Shown here piece after piece: positions 12,436 to 20,000 of a stretch of DNA of 20,000 bases; position 1 is the first letter of the stretch, and each line of letters begins with the position of its first letter. Source of the stretch: Chiloscyllium plagiosum. Lineage: Eukaryota. A program made the position numbers and the translations under genes. The DNA lies in contig NC_057718.1 of the NCBI RefSeq assembly GCF_004010195.1, forward strand, positions 77,554,927 through 77,574,926, written 5' to 3'. A model generated the notes under the pieces. It did not search any database. It was given only the letters and a program-made list of their open reading frames with translations, and was not told the DNA's origin.

Positions 12436-13497
12436 CACGTGTATTGTAAGTGTATTAACATCAGATGGCCTTCGGCAGTTCAAGCAGATGGCTCAGTGTT
12501 ATGTTGTCAAAGGCAACAAGGGAAGCGAGCAACAAATGATGATCTTTCAATGATGCTCATATCCCATTACAAAAGAAGAAATGAAGAATATTTGTTGGGT
12601 GACAGAATTTCATGACTTCAAACTGATGAGATACAAGTATGATATAGATGAAAGCAAATCATTTCAGTTGGACTAGACAAGGAGAATTAGATGATGTGAA
12701 CTGAAAAACTAATAAATCTCAGATTAGGAACATTACTTTATTCAGAGGAAAAACTTATTATTTAGAAACAATGTCAAAAAATAATACCATATTGATTTAA
12801 GATTTGAAAATAGATTTAATCTCTATAAATTATATTAACTGCAGATTTAATTTGTAAGTGATATTTCACAAGACAAATTTGCTGTTACACAGCAATTCAA
12901 TCAAACAACTATGTGGTAAGATAGTGGAATGCTGACTATGCATTTATTGCCAGCCAGTTGGGAGAGTCAGAGATTCAACTTACAAAAATAGGTTGCTTAT
13001 TAAGTTCTTATCTGCAGAGGAACAGTAACATTATATTGATTAAGGTATGCGTAGCAACTATTATCTTTCTAAAATATGGGTTATCTGTAGTATAGATAAT
13101 ATGTGTATCTGTAGTGTACTGGATTTTCCAAAATGATGTAATGTTTGGGCAATATTACTCCTTGATATCAATTGGAATTTGGATGGTAAATTACATTTTG
13201 TCAGAGTTTGCATATTGTAATCTAATTAATGATAAAGGTTACCACTTCTGAAACAAATATAGAGTAATAAATATTAATATTTATCATAACATATAAAATA
13301 GGCGTGCCAGATCACTATGCTGTGTGATTGCTGCTTATAAGAAAGGTTATTACCATCCTATTTTTGCATAAGAAACTACCATAGGATGATTGTAATCAGG
13401 TCAGCCAGGTAGATCTCATAGAATATAAGTTCCCTGACTGGGGCAGTTAACTTGGTCCAAACCAGAGTTCCTGACTGACAGATGTAAACAGAAGTGT

Positions 13498-13848
13498 AAT
13501 CTCCTCATGGGTCTGCTCCTGGGCCTGGTCAGGCTGGCAATAAACAGGTCCAGGCAGCAGGGGTGGAGGGGGTAATTTCTGCTGACTGTCTGCCCCTCTT
13601 CCGCAGCCATGTTTGAGCCCAGATGTCCTTGGAGAGGGAGCATGTGATGTTCACCAATGCTCTCAATGCCTTTAGGGAGAGGTGGGAACTACAGGGGTTG
13701 GAATGGTTTATTTTGCCCTTCAATTCTATTTTGATTTAATCCCTACACTCCCCCTTTGCATTTTTCACATAAGCATTGCTCTTATTGGGCTTTGCTTGTT
13801 GCTGGTTCCCTGGCCACATGGGTGTTTTTCCTGGTGGTGGAAGCATTG

Positions 13849-13880
<32 letters not shown>
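13498..13880 (+). mobile_element. 5'-truncated Tx1-like (L1-group) LINE 3' end inserted in the 5' LTR
   Basis: Encodes NLLMGLLLGLVRLAINRSRQQ and, after a frameshift, DCLPLFRSHV*AQMSLEREH...AFRERW, resembling the Tx1 ORF2 C-terminus. A T-rich 3' UTR and (AT)n end follow. Flanked by the imperfect direct repeat TAAACAGAAGTGT / TAAACAGGAGTTT. Confidence 0.75.
13851..13880. repeat. (AT)15 microsatellite
   Basis: Perfect AT dinucleotide run at the 3' junction of the Tx1-like insert. Confidence 0.98.
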
Positions 13881-13884
<4 letters not shown>

Positions 13885-14006
13885 AGGAGTTTCAGAGGTT
13901 CTGTTCACTCTGAGAGTTGGCTCTGAGGAAGCTGGACCAATATCAAGTCCGGTGCATCTATAAATAAAGGGTGATGGAATACTGACTTCTGTTGAGTTAG
14001 TTTTAG

Positions 14007-14018
14007 TGGCAATGAAAG
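14007..14018 (+). promoter_or_regulatory. Degenerate primer-binding site, possibly tRNA-Ser(GCT) type
   Basis: TGGCAATGAAAG one base after the LTR end. It can be read as CpG-decayed TGGCGACGAG, the complement of the tRNA-Ser(GCT) 3' end. The tRNA assignment is inference. Confidence 0.6.
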
Positions 14019-14060
14019 AAAAAAATACCCTGCTGAAGAAATTCTTTCACTTCTGGTATA

Positions 14061-14880
14061 ATGCCATTACTTGGGAAGCTTGACCCATTCGATCCTGCTG
14101 TCAAACATTGGGCCCATTACATGGAAAGAAAGTGTTATTTTTTCTGGACAAATGACATTGGGGCAGATGAAAAGCAATAAGTAATTCTCCTGATAGCTTG
14201 TGGATCCACAGCTTGTTCAGTTATTAAAAGCCTAATATTTCCTGAGAAACAAGATACTAAAATCTTTCAAGAGTTGAAGATGTGGTTAAGGAATATTATG
14301 AACCCAAGCTTTCTCTAATTCTATCGTTTTACTCAACAGTTCAAGAACCAGGGGAATCTATGTTGGGATTTTTGACAAGGTTAAGAAGGCTGGCACAGGC
14401 ATGTAATTTTGTTTTAACCCTGAATGTGACGCTAAGACAGCATTTAGTTTGTGGGCATAATGATGTAACTATGCAAAAGCGCCGACTAGCTGAAGCCCAA
14501 TTGGACTTCACACAGGCTCTACAATTGGCTTTGTCATGAGAAAATGCAGCAAGTAGAGCTTATGAGTTACAAGATATCCTGATGGAAGGGGATACCCTTG
14601 CCATGTTCACTGAGCTTAGGGAATACCACTTGGGTGAAGGCAATTGTATAGCCTCACTCAGGACATGAGTTGAACAGAGGGACTCTAGATCAGTCTACAG
14701 ACAAACGCCAAAACAAAGCTAAGCTTTGGGCAAACAGTTAATATTTTCTTCAGGTTCCAGGCCAGTAGTTGCTGCCAGTATGCAGGCTTGAGACAGCAAA
14801 ACAGTCCCACTGGAACTGAATAAGTGAACTCATTGGCCAGTATCAAGGATAGAGCACACCCTGTAAAGCCCACCTATCTT
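14061..14880 (+). pseudogene. Gypsy gag (disrupted)
   Basis: ATG at 14061 gives MPLLGKLDPFDPAVKHWAHYMER. ORF 14282-14539 has QEPGESMLGFLTRLRRLAQACNF...LRQHLVCG, a typical Gypsy gag motif. Confidence 0.85.
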
Positions 14881-14884
14881 TCTT

Positions 14885-15226
14885 GAATCACAGAAGCCCA
14901 AAGAGTGGAAACAGACTATTTGACCCAACAAGTCCACACCGACCCTCTGACGAATATTCCATCCAGACCCATTCCCCTATCCTATTACTTTACATTTCCC
15001 CTGCCTAATGCACCACCTTACACATCTTTGAACATTAACAGCAATTTAGCATGGCTAATTCACCAAACCTGCACATCTTTGGAATGTGGGAAGAAGCCAA
15101 AGCACCCAGAGGAAACCCACACAGACACAGGGAGAATGTGCAAACTCTATACAGACAGTCGCCCGAGGCTGGGATCGAACCTGGGTCCCTGGTGCTGTGA
15201 GGCAGTAGTGCTAGCCACTGTGCCAC
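14885..15226 (-). mobile_element. tRNA-derived V-SINE, HE1 type, nested in the Gypsy element
   Basis: Minus strand starts GTGGCACAGTGGCTAGCAC, with a Pol III A box (15215-15225) and B box GGTTCGATCCC (15171-15181). V-domain-like core GAGTTTGCACATTCTCCCTGTGTCTGTGTGGGTTTCCTCTGGGTGCT. CR1-like 3' tail at 14885-14940. Confidence 0.92.
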
Positions 15227-15239
15227 TTTGGGATAATTA

Positions 15240-17790
15240 AATTGCTTTGCAACCTCCAAATCAGAACCAATTAAAATAAACATCTGGTTAAATGGTCACC
15301 CTGTTCTAATAGAGGTTGATACAGGTGTAGCTATATCAGTGATTGCAGAACCAGTCTGCAAACTTTGTTCTGGACTCCAACCCTAAAGTTTGTCTTAAGA
15401 CTTCAGCTAGACTGAGAACCCATACGGGGAACCTTTGCAGATTAAGGGTATAACTTCACTTCCAGTCTCGTACAAGAAGCAGCTGGGTTCAGTTACCAAG
15501 CAAAATTGGTTGAGAAAGATTCTCCTTATTGATTCCACATTTTTCAATTAGAAAATGGCAGCCTGAGTGAAGTCCTCATTAAATACCCAGCAATCTTTCA
15601 GAGAGATCTGTGGACTAGCAAAGAAGTCAAGGCCACCTTGCATGTTGACCAGAAAAATTCAATTTCATCATTCTGCAAGGCTTACCCAATGCCATTTACC
15701 TTACAAGCAAAAGTAGAGGCAGAAATCAGGAGAATAAAAAGTGAAGGGATCATCAAATCAATGCAGTTTGTGTAATCGGCAGCACTGGTCATACTGATTG
15801 TAAAGCCCAGTGCTTTGGTTCGCCTTTGTGGGGACCTTAAACAAACAGTAAACTGCTTATCGCAGCTGGATAAATGCCCAATCCCTTGCATAGAAGACTT
15901 ATACTTAAAGCTGGCGGGGGCGAGGGGCTGCTGTCCTTCACAAAGCTGGACATGAGCCATGCAATTGCAGTTAGAGGAGGATTCTAGAAATATGCTACAA
16001 TTAATACCCAAAAAGATTTGTACCAATATATGAGGCTGCTATCTAGGGTATCATCAGTCTGTGCCACTTTTCAGTGGACGATGGAAAATATTTGACAAGG
16101 TCGATCCCAGGTTGCCATTTATCTGAATGATGTGTAAATAACAAGGAAGACCAATAAAGGGCACTTAGAGAACTTAGTCTTTAGATGTTTCTCCCAGGTG
16201 AGTGTATGCCTTAGAAAGGAAAAATGTGTGTTCATGGCATCCCAGCTGACCTATTTGGGCTACAGAGTCAACAAGACTGGATTACACCTTTTGGAAGATA
16301 AAGTGAAGATTTGGATTGGTGAATTATTACAGCAAGATCATACATGACCTGGCCTCCATCCTGGTACACTTACATCAGCTCCTGAAAAAGGTTCAGCCTC
16401 GGAAATGGCTTCATAGCTAAGACACAGTCTTTAGGGAAGTGAAGGTTCAGTTATGATTGTCTAAGGTGCTGGCACACTATGATTCCAAGCAAGAGGTAGT
16501 GCTGGCACACTATGATTCCAAGCAAGAGGTAGCAAGAGGGGTAATAATGGTGGTTCACAGATGGCTCAATGGAGGGGAAATGCCCAATAATGTATGCTTC
16601 CCAGACTTTGCAGAGTGCAAGTATGCCCAGTTACAGATGGAAGGTTTGGCGGTCATCTTCGGTGTAAGAATGTTCTACCAATACCTTTACAGATGTAAAT
16701 TTATAACAGTAACAGACCACAAACCCCTGCTAGGATTACTCAAAGAGGACAAGGCCATGCCACCCATAGCTTCAGGTCAAATTCAGTGGTGAGGCCTCAT
16801 TCTAAGTGCATACAATTATAAGTTAGAACACTCTGGTAAGCAAATGTCAATTAGCAAATATGGATGCCTTGAGCCACCTCCCACACCACTGGAGGAGTCC
16901 GTTCTGGTTTTAAACTTTCTAGACTCCCTTCCGGTCACGCTGACAGTATGAGACCATGGGGACAAAAAGATCCAATCCTGGTAAAACTAAAAGAGCCAGT
17001 AGTGATGGGGAATACAAAAGGGCCATCACAACTAGAATTTAAATCTTTCTGGACCCGGTGAGACCAGATCACTGTAGAGGACAGCATTTTATTTTGGGGA
17101 GCAAGAGTGATTGTCCAGAGGAAAGGGCACTGCCGGATACTGGCAGAACTTCACTAGGGTCATCCAGGGGTGTCCAAAATGAAGATATTGGTGAGAAGTT
17201 ATGTCTGGTGGTCAGGATTGAATATTGCATGCCGTGTTGGTGGGCAGTGCCCAGAATTCCAACAAGGATAAAAATTACCACCAGCAGCTCCCCCACGTTT
17301 GTGGGAATGGCCAGGTAAACCCTGGACTTGGTTACATGTCAACTTTCACAGGCTCACCGTTCTTAATCATGTTTGATGCCCATTCAAAGTAGTTGGTAGA
17401 GAGTTCATCCGTCAAGCACAGAGATGATGATAATAAAATTGCAAGCATCTTTTGCAATACATGGACTCCCAGAAATATTAGTCACAGGTAACAGGCCATC
17501 ATTTACCAGCAGGGAATTCAAGTATTTCCTCAAGTTGAATGGCATTCAGCATATAAGGACAGCTCCGTACCATCCATTGATCAATGATTTGGTGGAAGTA
17601 GCAGTCCAAACTTGAAGAAAGGCTTAAAGGAACAGCCTACAGCTTCACTTAACATCAAACTGTCCCAGTTCCTATTTGATTATTGGACCACCCCTCATGC
17701 AACTACAGGGATAACTCCAGCAGAGTTGCTATCAGGGAAAAGACTCTGCATCAAGTTAAATCTGATCTTCCCAGACCTGGGGAGAGGGTG
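15240..17790 (+). pseudogene. Gypsy pol (protease, RT, RNase H, integrase), disrupted
   Basis: Protease LNGHPVLIEVDTG (DTG at 15318). RT VRLCGDLKQTVN, FTKLDMSHA and YLNDV (16120-16134, decayed YLDD). RNase H EGLAVIFGV...TDHKPLLGL (ORF 16457-16792). Integrase HxGHxG and YVWW (17150-17210) and HGLPEILVT...TAPYHP (ORF 17424-17615). Confidence 0.93.
16466..16531 (+). repeat. Perfect 33-bp tandem duplication in the RNase H region
   Basis: GTGCTGGCACACTATGATTCCAAGCAAGAGGTA twice, encoding VLAHYDSKQEV twice. Confidence 0.97.
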
Positions 17791-18280
17791 AAATGGCATC
17801 AGGAATGCCAATGATGTACACAGAACTCCTCTAAACAAGAGAGACAGTTTGCTCCAGGGGATGAAATTTGGTGCTGAAATCATGCGTTAGAGACGAGGTT
17901 GATGTGAGGCCAGTTCCCATTCCTGGACAACCATGAAGATGACAGAAAACCTGCAAACTCACAAATAGGGCAGGAGCAAAACATACCCGGCCCCTGACAA
18001 TAGCTGGAAAGGCTGTCGGAACCTGTAGCTTCTTCCCCTCCTCTAGCATTGAAGAAACCTCCAAGACTGAGAATGACGTAGCAGAAGTTATATCCCCGAC
18101 ACCTTTACTGCCTGAAGAAGAAACAGAATGAATTTCTTCTGAGACACTCCTGGTGCAAGCAGTGGGCTATGATCCGATGCAGCCCACCTATGTCTGAGGC
18201 TTAGATAGAGGAACTAGACCCCATGTGAAAACAGCCCAGGACAGCCTACAAGGAAAATAACAGGCCTACTTCCTGGACTT

Positions 18281-18293
18281 AGAGGGGAAGGGA
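18281..18293 (+). promoter_or_regulatory. Polypurine tract of the Gypsy element
   Basis: AGAGGGGAAGGGA immediately upstream of the 3' LTR. Confidence 0.85.
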
Positions 18294-18538
18294 CATAGTG
18301 ATTGTAATGAGGTCAGCCAGGTGGACCTCATAGTATAAGTTTCCTGTTTGGGGCAGTTAACCTGATCCAATGAGGGAGCCCTGGCTGACAGATATAAACA
18401 AGAATGTAAAAAATGAAAAAGAGGTTCTGTTCATTCTGGGAGCTGGCTCCAGGGGAGCTGGACCATTGTCAAATACTATGCATCTGTAAATAAAAGGTGA
18501 CTTGGTGCTGGGATACCAGCCTCTGTTGAGTTATTTCA
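18294..18538 (+). repeat. Gypsy 3' LTR (~245 bp)
   Basis: Direct repeat of the 5' LTR. Contains TATAAA (~18393) and AATAAA (~18489) and ends in TTATTTCA. The exact start (18294 or 18299) is ambiguous. Confidence 0.92.
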
Positions 18539-19808
18539 TACAGTGCCTGTCTGGTCCAACTAGAGTCTCTTGTAGTTCATATACTTTATTATTTATTAAC
18601 AACTAGATACAGATTACATTGATATGACATACATGAAATATTAGTTCTCAGTCCGTCAGATACAAGGTTGTTCTGCCTACAATTCATACGTCATCATCAT
18701 AGCAGATGATGCTTATTGTACCCCTCAGTATTGACCCTTTCAAACCATGTACTGAAATCCAGATGGAGTGTATTTAAAATAAATTAGGGATTTACAATTC
18801 CTTTCTCACTCTAACCTAGTTGACTCCACTTAGAATTACAGGCAACATAAGCACCTGTCCAGTGTTAACAAGTTCCTCTTTAAATATGTCAATCCATCTT
18901 CAAAATTACTATTGGGACTTGATCTGTCATTTTAATCTGTTATTTTAACCAAAATTAGCCAACAGGGCTGGCTTCCTGTCAGACTCTAAAGGACCTCTCT
19001 TGATTCTTCAAAATGCTAAGATCGTAGAAAGGGTGAAATATAATCAATCACCAAATTGTTTTGGGGGATAAAGTGCATGTTAAATGCTTTAATCAATGTA
19101 CTGTACTCCATGGTACTTTCTCCCACATGGTCTGAAGCCATTCTATCATGCTGAAACTGCTGCTCCCAGAATTCCCTCTTCTGGCTTTACCATGGGCTTT
19201 CCACATTATCAGTGAAGCTGTCATGAGACTATCACACCTGATTGACCTGGGCAAGTGCTTGTTTTCTCTTCTTGCTATTAGATCCTGTGAATTTGCCAAT
19301 TTGTGGCATGGCTTTGAAGACTTCCAAGGTTGTTATCTCACCTTTCAGAGTCTTTCTGCTTGGTAGCCCTGTAATCAAAGTTTTCTGAGGGTACTCTTTT
19401 TCTACCCTTTTTTCCTTTTCCAGCTTTGTTTCTCAAAGTGTTCCAAAGTTTTGACCTATCTTAGGAGTCTTCCCATGTCAGCTGTGACTCTCAAACTCTG
19501 TTTCAATTACAGATCATGGCTCTGGGGGGTTTAGTCCAAGCTGCCACCATGCTTTATTTTGTATTAAGCCAAAGCTGCTGTCTGCACATTCAAACACCAC
19601 TCTTGAGTATATATGCACTGTGACGGTCTGCACATACACTGTCCCTGAGGCTGCTTGCTCCTTATCTCAAAGTAAGGCTATTAATTTCCTTGTGTACAGT
19701 AACACTTCTTTATTTACATCTGTACACAGTAGTTTCCAAATTGTTATTATCCCAACTGATGTTATAATTGGACAAGTTGTATCCCAGACAGAAGTCTGGC
19801 CGAAAGAT

Positions 19809-20000
19809 CATAGAACATAGAACATAGAAGAATACAGCGCAGTACAGGCCCTTCGGCCCTCGATGTTGCGCCGATCCAAGCCCACCTAAACTATACTAGC
19901 CCACTATCCTCCATATGCCTATCCAATGCCCACTTAAATGCCCATAAAGAGGGAGAGTCCACCACTGCTACTGGCAGGGCATTCCACGAACTCACGACTC
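19809..20000 (-). mobile_element. Young-looking CR1-clade LINE 3' end, continuing beyond the window
   Basis: (CATAGAA)3 tail followed by TACAGCGCAGTACAGGCCCTTCGGCCCTCGATGTTGCGCCGA, homologous to 1172-1230 but with CpGs intact. Confidence 0.9.

Larger units (their letters stand above)
13387..14005 (+). repeat. Gypsy 5' LTR, split by an insertion (LTR parts 13387-13497 and ~13880-14005)
   Basis: TGATTGTAATCAGGTCAGCCAGG...GTTGAGTTAGTTTTA aligns with 18299-18538 at roughly 80% identity by eye. AATAAA near 13963. Confidence 0.9.
13387..18538 (+). mobile_element. Full-length degenerate Ty3/Gypsy LTR retrotransposon (LTR-gag-PR-RT-RNaseH-IN-LTR)
   Basis: Two direct LTRs, a PBS-like site, a polypurine tract and domain order PR-RT-RH-IN. 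Many stops and frameshifts. No env or chromodomain recognised. TSD not clearly preserved. Confidence 0.95.

Noticed and set aside
14905..15283. ORFs 14905-15240 and 15035-15283, and a tRNA-like sequence
   Set aside because: These are translations of the HE1 SINE. The A and B boxes belong to the SINE head, not a tRNA gene.
16466..16540. 33-bp direct repeats as a possible CRISPR-like array
   Set aside because: The copies are adjacent with no spacers, lie inside Gypsy pol, and the context is eukaryotic.
17790..18280. Possible env or chromodomain after integrase
   Set aside because: Short, interrupted frames with no recognisable motif.
13370..18545. TSD for the Gypsy element (TACCA versus TACAG)
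   Set aside because: Only a partial match and the 5' LTR start is ambiguous.
18540..19808. Overlapping ORFs 19093-19299 and 19148-19366, and ORF 19620-19820
   Set aside because: Short, with no domain similarity I recognise and no convincing splice signals.

Overview
Repeat-dense eukaryotic DNA with no prokaryotic gene structure. The repeat families point to a cartilaginous fish (shark/ray): an HE1-type V-SINE and CR1/HER1-type LINEs with (CATAGAA)n-type 3' ends. Most of the window is decayed transposable elements: six CR1-clade LINE segments, an L2/CR1-group LINE fragment, a PIF/Harbinger transposase relic and a full-length but dead Ty3/Gypsy LTR retrotransposon (about 13.39-18.54 kb). The Gypsy element carries two nested insertions, a Tx1-like LINE 3' end in its 5' LTR and an HE1 SINE between gag and protease. 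I see no intact protein-coding gene; the listed ORFs are TE fragments, their antisense shadows or chance ORFs. One candidate micro-exon lies in the unique AT-rich block near 13.0 kb. I found no convincing new biological system. The most notable observations are structural: a near-identical ~360-bp inverted CR1 pair with complementary deletions, extra sequence at the same site in both LTRs, and a perfect 33-bp duplication that replaced the RNase H catalytic motif. Family names come from motif recognition by eye, not database searches, and boundaries are approximate.
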